Positions 1 to 8,941 of a DNA stretch of 42,895 bases are shown here, in pieces. The stretch is from an uncultured Candidatus Saccharibacteria bacterium (GTDB lineage Bacteria > Patescibacteriota > Minisyncoccia > GWC2-36-17 > WO2-46-25): the NCBI GenBank assembly GCA_964359755.1, contig CAYHUB010000001.1, forward strand, positions 105,797 to 148,691, in the 5' to 3' direction. The notes below the pieces were generated by a model. That model had not been told where the DNA came from, ran no database searches, and saw nothing but the letters and a program-made list of their open reading frames with translations. Within the stretch, counting starts at the first letter, position 1, and the number at the start of each line of letters is the position of its first letter. The translations under genes were made by a program, and so were the position numbers.

Positions 1-539
1 ATAGGTTCTAGTCCCCATGGGTTCACCACAATACGATCGCTGGGGAGATTATAAAATTGCTCTATCTCTTTTGCGGAGAACCGAGAAATGGTCATAATCC
101 TTTTCGCGCGCTTTGCCGCCCACCAGCAGAATATGCGATACGAGAGCCGGTACCGAAACGGCAATGTGCCGTGATGCGCCTCCCAATATACATCATTAGT
201 AAGCACTACGACTGCTTTTCCAACAAAGAACGCCGGCAACATATATGACGGAAAGAAAAAGCCGTTGAGCCGGTCGCGCCAATACGCGATCGGGATGCAC
301 ATGTGATAAAAAATGTTAAAGCTGGGCGGAACAACACCGCCCGTGAGAATCTTTTTTTCAAAGATCGGATGATTCAAAAAAGCATCGCCTGGAATACCCG
401 CCTTGAAATACAGCACGAACCGAAATTTCTTTTCAACACCGGGAATCTCGGTAATCGCAGAAAGAAGCTGGGCAAGCGTATGCCCAACCCCAAACCGTTC
501 TCCTTCTAATTGTTCGCATTCTATACCGATACGCATCAT
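1..539 (-). CDS. Glycosyltransferase, group-1/GT4-like; N-terminal part only, 3' end runs off the left edge
   Basis: Absent from the ORF track because it is open to the window edge. My reverse-complement translation from the ATG at 539 reads MMRIGIECEQLEGERFGVGHTLAQLL...AAKRAKRIMTISRFSAKEIEQFYNLPSDRIVVNPWGLEP with no stop. This resembles a GT4 N-terminal domain plus the start of the C-domain. It begins 4 nt after the upstream GT2 stop. Confidence 0.65.
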   Translation of the reverse strand, partial: MMRIGIECEQLEGERFGVGHTLAQLLSAITEIPGVEKKFRFVLYFKAGIPGDAFLNHPIFEKKILTGGVVPPSFNIFYHMCIPIAYWRDRLNGFFFPSYMLPAFFVGKAVVVLTNDVYWEAHHGTLPFRYRLSYRIFCWWAAKRAKRIMTISRFSAKEIEQFYNLPSDRIVVNPWGLEP

Positions 540-543
540 ACAA

Positions 544-1452
544 TTATTTTATCATCCCGAAAGTGCCCTTATAAAAATCAAAAATGCCGCGCATGATCAT
601 TTTGGAGATCGCCCGCTTTGAGGGCAAAACAACAAACTTCACGATCTGTTTTGCAAAATAAAAAAAGTTTTTTCCATATATCCATGCGCGCGAGGGAAAT
701 AAAGCGTTTCGTTGTGCAAGCAACAGCGTGTTTCGCGCGTCATAATAATGGATCGCCGGCTCTCCCATTATTACCGCAGAACGGGCTATCTTGTGCCACA
801 CATGCGCGCCGGGCGCCACCATAAGCAAGAACCTTTCCTTGCGCGCGCGGAGACACCAATCCGCGTCTTCATGGTACATAAAAAAACTCTCTTCGAGTAA
901 TCCTATCGTTTTTAGCGCGTTCATACGAACCAGTATCGCGCACCCGGTGATAAAATCAGTGCTTCGTGGCGTTGCTTCGTTTGGTTCTGCGTCCCGCATG
1001 CCGATATGCGTATGTCGTACGCCTGTATTCCACGAAAACGAACCGCCGTCATACCAGATCATTTCAGGGTCCGTATAATAATAGATCTTTGCGCCTACCA
1101 TACCGATGCGGGCATCCGCTTCTGCGGTCTCGACCATCGCGTCAAGAAACTTCGCGTCAACCGTCGTGTCGTTGTTTAAAAGAAGTATGTAGTCGCTCCC
1201 CCGCTCCTGTGCGATGTTGATGCCGATATTATTTCCGCCGGCAAATCCCCTGTTCTCTTCCAAGCGTATCACTGTTATATTCAGAAAACTTTTTTGCAAT
1301 TCATTCGCCTCTTCTCTATCACGCGAACCGTTATCAATGACGACAACGTCATATGACGGGTAGGTGATCTGTGCAAGCGAACGCAGGCACTCGCGCGTAT
1401 CGCTGCTGCCGTTATAGTTCACAAGGATGATGGTCACTTTCGGCATTGCCAT
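544..1452 (-). CDS. Family-2 glycosyltransferase (GT-A fold)
   Basis: The N-terminus VTIILVNYNGSSDTRECLRSLAQITYPSYDVVVIDNGSRD, then NRGFAGGNN and LLLNNDT (DxD-like), are classic GT2 motifs. Same strand and tight spacing with flanking envelope genes. Confidence 0.85.
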   Translation of the reverse strand: MAMPKVTIILVNYNGSSDTRECLRSLAQITYPSYDVVVIDNGSRDREEANELQKSFLNITVIRLEENRGFAGGNNIGINIAQERGSDYILLLNNDTTVDAKFLDAMVETAEADARIGMVGAKIYYYTDPEMIWYDGGSFSWNTGVRHTHIGMRDAEPNEATPRSTDFITGCAILVRMNALKTIGLLEESFFMYHEDADWCLRARKERFLLMVAPGAHVWHKIARSAVIMGEPAIHYYDARNTLLLAQRNALFPSRAWIYGKNFFYFAKQIVKFVVLPSKRAISKMIMRGIFDFYKGTFGMIK

Positions 1453-1458
1453 ACCAGA

Positions 1459-4137
1459 TCAGTAAATTTTCTCTATGCTTATGCCGAGATAATAGTATGC
1501 CAATATTTCTTTGTATGTCCTCCCAAGCTCCGCAAGCCGCCGCGCGCCGGTGGCGGACATACCCACACCATGACTTGCGCTTTGCACGCTTGCATCCCTG
1601 CGAATGGTCCCTTCAGGATCTTTTACGTTGCCGGCAAGATATCCGTAGTCGGGCGTACAGAATTCTTTTCCAAAATAATTACACGCATTTCTTGTGACTC
1701 CGCCGGAGTCGGACGAATACACCGCGCGCGCGACAGCGCCGTTATATTTCATGATTTCTCCCGCGGTCGTGCGGGATGCTCCCGCGAGCTTCGGCGCATA
1801 TTTTTCCCATGAGTACCCTTTATACACCTGGTCCGAAGATGTATTGTTGAGATGGAATATTTCATCACTGCCGTACTTGCCTCCGCGCATAAGATGAAAC
1901 AGCGCATAGCTTCGCGACGCAACTGAAAATGCCTTTTGATATTCGGGGTTATCCGTTTCAAGCGCCTCGCCGAGTCCCGCGAGATAATCGTCAAGCGGCA
2001 GCTCGTTCACCATCCATACCTTTTTCGATTTTGGAGAAAAGCGCAGTTCAAGCGCGCCGCGAAACGCGTTAAAATTCACGGTTTTATTCCAATTAAACAG
2101 TTCATAACTCTTTACCGTAAATATCGTCCCGGCATTTTTAGGGATAAATTTTGTATCGTGCGAGGCGCTCCACACGGCCGTCGCGGTTTCGTTTGCCGTA
2201 TAGTCCTTCTCACTGCCGTCGCCGGCTTTTACGGTAAATGCGCCATCGGCGGTCACGAAAACCGCGTCGTTCTCGCCCGTGTTAAACAGCGCAATGCGCA
2301 TAGTATAAAGTGTGCTTTGCGCGGGCGGCGTTGGTATTTGCGGCGCGACAGGACTGATTATAACCGGCTGTGCCACTATCACCGGAATCGGCATATTCGC
2401 GAGCGGTTTTCCTTCTTTTACCGTATTCCAATCGGCAGGGACAGTAATATTCCCTCCCTGGGCATAGGCACTCAATTCCGATGCGCCGAGCACGACCGTG
2501 CGCGCAAGATTAAATTTCAGTTTTTGCAACGTTTCGTATGTGGTGATCCAGTATTTTTTTCCTTTATAGACCGCATATATTTCTGAGTGTCCGTCCTGCC
2601 GTATGAGCGTGCCGTCCGGATACGGCAGATCTCCCTTATCGGGGTACACATCAAGATCTTTTTTTGAGATCACTCCTATTTTTCTCACATTAAATCCCCA
2701 TCGCTTGAACATATCCCATGACGGAATTTTTTTCTTCCCACCGTCTGCGATGACATAATTAGGGGCGCTTGCTTTTGCGGAAGAGGAAATAAGCGTTCCT
2801 TCCGGCAGACCGACAATACCGTTGGTCGGATACGCTTCAAGCTCATACTCGGGAACACTGATCACGTCTTTCTGTTTGAACTTATTCTGACTGAATGCTT
2901 TCTGAGAAATAATATGCCTTTTTCCTCCTTCCTTGATAAGATATATTTTTTTGTCTTTTTCAGACATAAGCAATGTGCCGTTCTGAAACGCGATCGCTTC
3001 TCCTTTTGCATACCCCAAAAGCTCGCGATCGGAAACAATACCGACCTTCGCCAACGAATAGCCGAGCTTTGAAAAAAGCTTTGCGGAAGTGATATGGCGG
3101 CGCTTGCCTCCTTCGATAAGATAAATATCATTGCGCGAACGCGATTTCACCAGCGTACCGTCGGGAAGCATGGTTTTGTTTTGCTCGGGAAATAGCGAAA
3201 ATTGGTTTTCGTTCAACACGCGCACCCGCGCGCTTTCGGCAGGCGCGAGCGTACCCGCATCATCGGTAACGCTCTGAATAACTCCCCCGTCTATTTTCAC
3301 CACTCGTTTCTCATTGCGCATCATATACAGATATGCCGCGTATTGGTCCTGCCATTTCTTTGCTTCCGCGCGCAAACGAACCCTGTCTAACGTGCCCGGG
3401 TCGGGGTTTCCCGCCTCAAGCCCGTCGTGCCCTATCACCACGGGGCCGGTGTGCGTTTCTGAATATCCGCCGTAGCTTATATCGCACTTTCCGCTGATGC
3501 GCGGGTTTGCCCATACCGGGGTTGTTTTTGCCATTGCCGAAGCATCGATGCCGTTGACCGCAGAAAGCCACCCAACTAACCGAGAAAGCGAGTCAAACGC
3601 TAAGGCGGGTACGGGAACGGCGCCATAATTCCCCAACAGCGAGATGCCAATGGTGCCGACATTGAAATTCCTGCACGTCTTTGAATCATACACATGCGCG
3701 CCGCGCGTGCCGTTGCCACCGAATTTCGCTTCATAGATATTTCCTTGCCGGTCGATGATATAGTGATACCCGATATCGCCCCATCCGCGCACCTGCGCAT
3801 GATTGCGATAAATACTCTGAATGATATCGCGCGCGTCCGCGGCATCGCCATTGCACTTCGGGCTTGATGCGGGACAGCCGGTATCATGGATCACAATGCG
3901 CTCCACCGGCGCATAATCGGGAATAGCATCGTTGGCATTCGGATTGTCATTTTTAAATGTTTCCGCATTCTTATCTTCCGGCACCCACTCGATCGTCGAA
4001 GAAAACCCGTGATAATTTTCCCACATTGAACGGGGTAAAATAAGCGGGAGATCGGACTCGGGATATGTTTGCGCAAACGACGCGACCGGCGCGCTTGCGA
4101 TACACACCGCAATAAAAATTTTTATATATAGTTTCAT
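1459..4137 (-). CDS. Secreted multidomain peptidoglycan hydrolase: N-acetylmuramoyl-L-alanine amidase (Amidase_2/PGRP-like), 4 tandem repeats and a SpoIID/LytB-like domain
   Basis: Start moved from 4272 to the ATG at 4137 (MKLYIKIFIAVCIASAPVASFAQ is a signal peptide; ATGA overlap with the upstream gene's stop). Amidase_2-like block: ERIVIHDTG...IGYHYIIDRQGNIYEAKFGG...GAHV...NVGTIGISLLGNY. SpoIID-like C-terminus: LDDYLAGLGE...QKAFSVASRSYAL...DQVYKGY...AVYSSDSGG. Confidence 0.8.
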   Translation of the reverse strand: MKLYIKIFIAVCIASAPVASFAQTYPESDLPLILPRSMWENYHGFSSTIEWVPEDKNAETFKNDNPNANDAIPDYAPVERIVIHDTGCPASSPKCNGDAADARDIIQSIYRNHAQVRGWGDIGYHYIIDRQGNIYEAKFGGNGTRGAHVYDSKTCRNFNVGTIGISLLGNYGAVPVPALAFDSLSRLVGWLSAVNGIDASAMAKTTPVWANPRISGKCDISYGGYSETHTGPVVIGHDGLEAGNPDPGTLDRVRLRAEAKKWQDQYAAYLYMMRNEKRVVKIDGGVIQSVTDDAGTLAPAESARVRVLNENQFSLFPEQNKTMLPDGTLVKSRSRNDIYLIEGGKRRHITSAKLFSKLGYSLAKVGIVSDRELLGYAKGEAIAFQNGTLLMSEKDKKIYLIKEGGKRHIISQKAFSQNKFKQKDVISVPEYELEAYPTNGIVGLPEGTLISSSAKASAPNYVIADGGKKKIPSWDMFKRWGFNVRKIGVISKKDLDVYPDKGDLPYPDGTLIRQDGHSEIYAVYKGKKYWITTYETLQKLKFNLARTVVLGASELSAYAQGGNITVPADWNTVKEGKPLANMPIPVIVAQPVIISPVAPQIPTPPAQSTLYTMRIALFNTGENDAVFVTADGAFTVKAGDGSEKDYTANETATAVWSASHDTKFIPKNAGTIFTVKSYELFNWNKTVNFNAFRGALELRFSPKSKKVWMVNELPLDDYLAGLGEALETDNPEYQKAFSVASRSYALFHLMRGGKYGSDEIFHLNNTSSDQVYKGYSWEKYAPKLAGASRTTAGEIMKYNGAVARAVYSSDSGGVTRNACNYFGKEFCTPDYGYLAGNVKDPEGTIRRDASVQSASHGVGMSATGARRLAELGRTYKEILAYYYLGISIEKIY
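2452..3168 (-). repeat. Four tandem ~55-60-aa coding repeats inside the hydrolase gene
   Basis: Repeated pattern DGTL(V/L/I)...(D/K)IYLI(E/K)(E)GGK(R/K)(R)HI(T/I)S...F...G(Y/F)...V..V...EL..Y..G at ORF residues ~369-607. Example units: DGTLVKSRSRNDIYLIEGGKRRHITSAKLF and NGTLLMSEKDKKIYLIKEGGKRHIISQKAF. Confidence 0.75.
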
Positions 4138-4871
4138 TGTGTCTTGTCTTTCTTTATGTGCCATACAACTGCTTTTACTGGAAATACTATTACTGCATTC
4201 ATGATCCTGCGCCATCGCCGCGGATCCATACACACCCGCCACACCCACTCCATTCCCCCTGTACGCATCCATATCGGCGCGCGAGGGGTGTCTCCCGCAA
4301 TCATATCAAACGCACCGCCAACCGCAACCATGCATTTCGCATGCGGAAGCTCATGCATATTGTCGCGCATCCATTCCTCCTGTTTTGGAGATCCCAGCCC
4401 CACAAACACAATATCCGCATTTTTGATCGCTGTATTGTGTTCCCATTTCTCTGCACCCTCATATCCATTCAGTGTGCCGGAAACGTGAAGTGTTGGAAAT
4501 CTTTTCTCTAATACTAAAGACGCTCTCGCCGCCACATTGTTTCGGGATCCGATAAGAAACACTGATTTTCCAAGGCGCGCGGCGCGTTCGCATACGAGAA
4601 ACAAAAGATCAACTCCCGCGATCCTTTCCCGAAAGGGCGCGCCGATGATCATGCCGAATATTTTCAGCCCGATGCCGTCGGGAAACACGAGGTCTGCAGT
4701 TCTCATTGTGGCGCGAAATGCCTCATTTCTTGCCGCGCGCACGAGCGTCTCCGGATTGGCATAATACACCGCATGCGGGCGCGTTAACCAAAGCATGCGG
4801 TCAATCCTTTGCACCGCCTCGTCCATCGTCACATCATCAATAAAAATACCGCAAATTTCATAACGCGTCAT
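4134..4871 (-). CDS. WecB/TagA/CpsF-family glycosyltransferase (GT26)
   Basis: ANPETLVRA, DLVFPDGIGLKIF and VFVGLGSPKQEEWM are hallmark TagA/WecG motifs. First gene of the minus-strand envelope operon. Confidence 0.85.
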   Translation of the reverse strand: MTRYEICGIFIDDVTMDEAVQRIDRMLWLTRPHAVYYANPETLVRAARNEAFRATMRTADLVFPDGIGLKIFGMIIGAPFRERIAGVDLLFLVCERAARLGKSVFLIGSRNNVAARASLVLEKRFPTLHVSGTLNGYEGAEKWEHNTAIKNADIVFVGLGSPKQEEWMRDNMHELPHAKCMVAVGGAFDMIAGDTPRAPIWMRTGGMEWVWRVCMDPRRWRRIMNAVIVFPVKAVVWHIKKDKTQ

Positions 4872-4928
4872 ACCGTTTCATTTTATCAGAAATTGCCCTA
4901 TGATAAAAGGGATTCAAAAGCAATTCCT

Positions 4929-6845
4929 ATGTATCTTCTCGATGTTATTCCTGCGGTAAAACTCCCGATGGCCGACATGCAGCTGCTTACCTATTTTTCA
5001 AAGGAGGCGCTGCCAGTCGGCGCGCTCGTGCGCGTGCCGATCGGTCGGCGCGCGATAAACGCGCTCGTGGTCGGTAGTACCGCTATGGGCGGGCAAAAGA
5101 TCTCCATTAAAAAATCCCCTTTCCAGATGAAGGGTATCACGGGCGTTATCACCGCGGAACCGGCGCTGAACCGCGACCAGCTCGCACTTCTTGATTATTC
5201 TGCGCACTATTATCTTACCCTTCTTTCTTTTTTTGCACATACATTCCTTCCCGCATATGTGATTAAAAAAGAAAAGTCGCTTGTGCTTGATGCGGTGGCA
5301 ATGACCGAGAGATCAAAACGACAACGATCTGAAAAACCGCTTCTCATATATGCAAAAAACCGGGAAGAATTGTACGCGCGTGAAATAGATGCGTGCCTTG
5401 CGCAGGGAAAACAAGCGTTGCTTATAGTTCCCGAGGTCGCGCTTATTCGCCCATGGGAGCAAAAATTCCGACGCTATCAACCACTTACGCTCGCCAGCGA
5501 TATGACGGAAAAGAAATTTTTTGACGCATGGCGGGCGGTACGAAATGGCTCCGCACAGCTCATAATCGGCACGCGCACCGCGGTATTTGCAAATTTCAAA
5601 AACCTCGAATGCATCATCGTCGACGAAGAGCAAAATCCTCATTATAAATCGCAGGATATGGCGCCGTATTATCACACCGTTACTGTTGCGCAAAAACTCG
5701 CGGAGTTTTCCGGCGCACGGCTTCTTTTAGGCAGCGATGCGCCGTCGATTACATCGTATTACAGGGCACTCGAAGGCGAATACGACATCGCCAACAATCA
5801 GCACCGGGAATCGCGCACACAGCACATCACCATTGTTGATATGCGCAACGAGCTCGTTGATAAAAATTACACCCCTTTCTCCTATCAAACAAAGCAGATA
5901 CTTGAAACACTTGAGAGCGACAAAAATAAAAAAGCTGTTCTTTTTGTGTCGCGGCGCGGGAGCGAATCGTTTTCATTCTGCCAAGATTGCTCCCATATTG
6001 AACGGTGCCCAAAGTGTGATGCTTATCTCACGCGGCACACACTCCCCAAGGACGTGCTTATCTGTCATCATTGCGGGTTTGTTCAAGAACCTCAGCTCAC
6101 CTGCAGTACATGCGGAGGCACTCGTATAAAGACATTTGGTGCGGGCACACATAAGGTCGCGCAGGAATTGAAAAAACTTTTTCCGAATATTCATGCGCTT
6201 ATCCTTGATTCAGATACCGCAAAAACAGCAAAGGAGCAGCGCGCAATAATAGCATCGTTCAACGCCGGGCACGCACAAGTGCTTATCGCGACGCAAACCG
6301 TGCTCCATAAGCCTGAAATTCTTCCGGTTGATTTCGTGTGTATCGTGTCGTTCGACAATCTTCTCTACCTCCCCGATTACACAATCGGCGAACGTATTTA
6401 TCAGATTGTCCGCGGCCTCTCACATTATTGCCGTGATGGCTCTCCGTTCATTCTTCAGACGCATACGCCCGAGCACGAGATCGTGCGTCTTGCGGCTCAA
6501 CAGGACTACACCGCGCTGTACGAATACGAGATACAGGCACGAAAAGACCTTCGGTATCCGCCGTTTTCTCATATTATAAAAATCACCGTAAAAGACACGC
6601 CGCAAACGCAGGCGCGCAATCGGGCGGATATAATCGCACAAAAACTGCGCGATGCGTTTAAAAAAATTGAAGTCGAAGCGGATGTACTTGGTCCCGCGCC
6701 GGCATATATCCCAAAGATCAGCAACCACTATTATTACGATATCGTCATAAAGCTGGAGCGCATTGACCTAATAACGCGAAATGCTATAGTACAGCCAATC
6801 GCAGAAAAAACAATGATCAATGTTGACCCGGAAGGTCTTATATAA
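4929..6845 (+). CDS. priA: Primosomal protein N' (PriA) homologue with degenerate helicase motifs
   Basis: Start placed at ATG 4929 (MYLLDVIPAVKLP). Collinear with PriA: ACLAQGKQALLIVPEVAL, IIGTRTAVF, IIVDEEQ, the Cys-rich insert CQDCSHIERCPKCDAYL...CHHCG...CSTCGG, and the YPPF C-terminal region. The Walker A position reads IYAKNREELY instead of GxTGSGKTEVY. Confidence 0.8.
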   Translation: MYLLDVIPAVKLPMADMQLLTYFSKEALPVGALVRVPIGRRAINALVVGSTAMGGQKISIKKSPFQMKGITGVITAEPALNRDQLALLDYSAHYYLTLLSFFAHTFLPAYVIKKEKSLVLDAVAMTERSKRQRSEKPLLIYAKNREELYAREIDACLAQGKQALLIVPEVALIRPWEQKFRRYQPLTLASDMTEKKFFDAWRAVRNGSAQLIIGTRTAVFANFKNLECIIVDEEQNPHYKSQDMAPYYHTVTVAQKLAEFSGARLLLGSDAPSITSYYRALEGEYDIANNQHRESRTQHITIVDMRNELVDKNYTPFSYQTKQILETLESDKNKKAVLFVSRRGSESFSFCQDCSHIERCPKCDAYLTRHTLPKDVLICHHCGFVQEPQLTCSTCGGTRIKTFGAGTHKVAQELKKLFPNIHALILDSDTAKTAKEQRAIIASFNAGHAQVLIATQTVLHKPEILPVDFVCIVSFDNLLYLPDYTIGERIYQIVRGLSHYCRDGSPFILQTHTPEHEIVRLAAQQDYTALYEYEIQARKDLRYPPFSHIIKITVKDTPQTQARNRADIIAQKLRDAFKKIEVEADVLGPAPAYIPKISNHYYYDIVIKLERIDLITRNAIVQPIAEKTMINVDPEGLI

Positions 6846-6848
6846 CGT

Positions 6849-7334
6849 ATGGCAATACTTCCTATAGAAACAGAACTCGAAGGAACAAATACTATTCTCC
6901 GCGCACGGTCGGAGGAAGTGAGCCATATTCTCGCGCCCGAGATTCAACAATTCATCTGCGATATGCACGATACCCTTGCGCATACGGAAACCGGCATCGG
7001 ACTTGCCGCGCCCCAAGTAGGGAAAAACCTCCGCATATTCGTCACCGCTCCCGAGCTCGGGCTCAACCAAACCGTGTTTATCAACCCCGTCATCATTAAA
7101 GTGTCGGAGGAAAAAGAGTTGATGGAGGAAGGGTGTCTTTCTGTGCCGGGACTTTACGGCAACACACCGCGGGCGACTTCATTAAAACTTGAGGCATACA
7201 ATGAGCGCGGCAGAAAATTCAAAATGAAAGCGGATGGGCTTATCGCTCAACTCGTCCAGCATGAGATCGGCCACCTTGACGGCACGTTATTTAAAGATAT
7301 TGCAGAGCACATCACGGTAATAAAAAAGAAGTAG
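6849..7334 (+). CDS. def: Peptide deformylase
   Basis: Three PDF motifs are present: GIGLAAPQVG, EGCLSVPG and QHEIGHLDG (HExxH). It is followed by fmt. Confidence 0.9.
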   Translation: MAILPIETELEGTNTILRARSEEVSHILAPEIQQFICDMHDTLAHTETGIGLAAPQVGKNLRIFVTAPELGLNQTVFINPVIIKVSEEKELMEEGCLSVPGLYGNTPRATSLKLEAYNERGRKFKMKADGLIAQLVQHEIGHLDGTLFKDIAEHITVIKKK

Positions 7335-7336
7335 TT

Positions 7337-8287
7337 ATGCAAAGCCCTCGGATTATATTTATGGGAACTCCCGAGCTTGGGAAAACCATACTTGAAAAAC
7401 TCGTTGCCTCAAAAACATACGCGCCGAAACTTGTCATCACCCAGCAAGATAAACAGGTCGGCAGAGAACATCTCCTCACTCCCCCGCCGGTAAAAATATG
7501 CGCGGGGACGCATGGCATTGAGGTGTGGCAGCCGGAAAAATTACGCGACCAGAAAACAATAGCGCGGATACGCGCATGGTCTCCCGATATCATTATCGTT
7601 GCCGCCTATGGAAAGATCATTCCTCAAGAGATCATTGATATTCCCCGCTACGGCATCCTTAATGTGCACACCTCGCTTCTCCCGCTCCATCGCGGGGCTT
7701 CCCCGGTGCAGTACGCCATCCTTTCAGGCGACCAAGAGACCGGCGCGACCATTATGCGCATTGATGCGGGACTTGATACCGGCGATATTATTTCTCAAAA
7801 AGCTGTTGCAATCGCGGCGGATGAAACCACAGAAACGCTTATGCGCAAACTCGCCATGCTTTGCGCCGACTTGCTTATAGAAACACTCCCAATGTGGCTT
7901 GGGGGAACAATCACTCCTCAGCCGCAGGATAATACGCGCGCGACCCTGACGAAGATATTCAAAAAAGAGGACGGCGAAATAAAAGCGGAACATACCGCAG
8001 AGCAGATCGAGCGCATGCTCCGCGCCTTCACGCCGTGGCCGGGTGTTTTTATGACGCTGCACGACAAGGAAGGAAAACGAAAAACAGTTAAGCTGATCAG
8101 CGCGCGGATCATGCCGTGCATCCCTACGCTTCCCCCGCTTAGTTTTTCGCTTATGATCGCGCCTGACGCAAAAAAGGAATTATTGCTTCACACGCACGAC
8201 GGCTGTCTTATCCTTGACAGCGTTCAACCCGAAGGAAAAAAACCGATGGCGGGGCATGCATTCTGGGTTGGCCGTCATGCAAAATAG
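7337..8287 (+). CDS. fmt: Methionyl-tRNA formyltransferase
   Basis: IIFMGTPE N-terminus, formyltransferase core NVHTSLLPLHRGASPVQYAIL and a C-terminal Fmt domain. Conserved def-fmt pair. Confidence 0.9.
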   Translation: MQSPRIIFMGTPELGKTILEKLVASKTYAPKLVITQQDKQVGREHLLTPPPVKICAGTHGIEVWQPEKLRDQKTIARIRAWSPDIIIVAAYGKIIPQEIIDIPRYGILNVHTSLLPLHRGASPVQYAILSGDQETGATIMRIDAGLDTGDIISQKAVAIAADETTETLMRKLAMLCADLLIETLPMWLGGTITPQPQDNTRATLTKIFKKEDGEIKAEHTAEQIERMLRAFTPWPGVFMTLHDKEGKRKTVKLISARIMPCIPTLPPLSFSLMIAPDAKKELLLHTHDGCLILDSVQPEGKKPMAGHAFWVGRHAK

Positions 8288-8302
8288 CCTATGCAAAGAG
8301 CG

Positions 8303-8854
8303 CTATTTTCTTATGATATCCCCTTGGATCTTAAATGAGCGATGATAGCCGTCAACATATTTTCCTTCTTTGGTTTTTTCCACAATGACAAACCCCCAAT
8401 CGATTGTGTCCTCCACACCCGACAAAATACAGTTAAACGACATATCCACGGTTGCAGGCGTCTTTCCTTCTACCGCAGAAAATGTCAGCCATATCGGCAT
8501 CGCTCCTGTCATTCCCCAATATAATTCCTTAGACGGGTCGCTGCTCACCACATCAAATGAGCCGATTATGTCGCCGCATGGCGTTTTACCGACAGTGATA
8601 GTATATGGAAACTGCGTCTTGGTAAGCGTGATCCGCGCCGGTTCTTTTTTCGGCTGCTCCTTTACGACTGGCTCGGATGACGTGGCAACCGGAGCGACTT
8701 CCTGCGTACTTGTAGCAGTGGCTTCTTTCTCCGTTTGAGAGATATCCGCTTCTTGTTGAGCTGGCAATATTTTTTCCGGCGCAAACCAGAAGCTTACACC
8801 CCATAGAAGCGCAGCACACCCAATAACAATACTAACGATAATGATGTTTTTCAT
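8303..8854 (-). CDS. Hypothetical membrane-anchored protein
   Basis: N-terminal TM helix (IIIVSIVIGCAALLWGVSFWF), a T/S/E/P-rich linker and a ~100-aa C-terminal domain. No recognisable family. Confidence 0.5.
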   Translation of the reverse strand: MKNIIIVSIVIGCAALLWGVSFWFAPEKILPAQQEADISQTEKEATATSTQEVAPVATSSEPVVKEQPKKEPARITLTKTQFPYTITVGKTPCGDIIGSFDVVSSDPSKELYWGMTGAMPIWLTFSAVEGKTPATVDMSFNCILSGVEDTIDWGFVIVEKTKEGKYVDGYHRSFKIQGDIIRK

Positions 8855-8911
8855 GATTTTAATAAAATACGATACGGCAAAGATTATACATCATCTGTGA
8901 AAAAAATTCAA

Positions 8912-8941
8912 TAAAAAAACCCGGGGTTATTTCCCCGGGGT
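8912..8941 (-). terminator. Rho-independent terminator after the radical SAM gene
   Basis: The minus strand reads CCCCGGGGAAATAACCCCGGG followed by TTTTTTT. The stop codon lies in the loop. Confidence 0.6.

Noticed and set aside
4138-4272. N-terminal 45-codon extension of the hydrolase ORF (MDAYRGNGVG...)
   Set aside because: It overlaps the tagA-like coding region. The internal ATG at 4137 gives a canonical signal peptide and an ATGA stop/start overlap.
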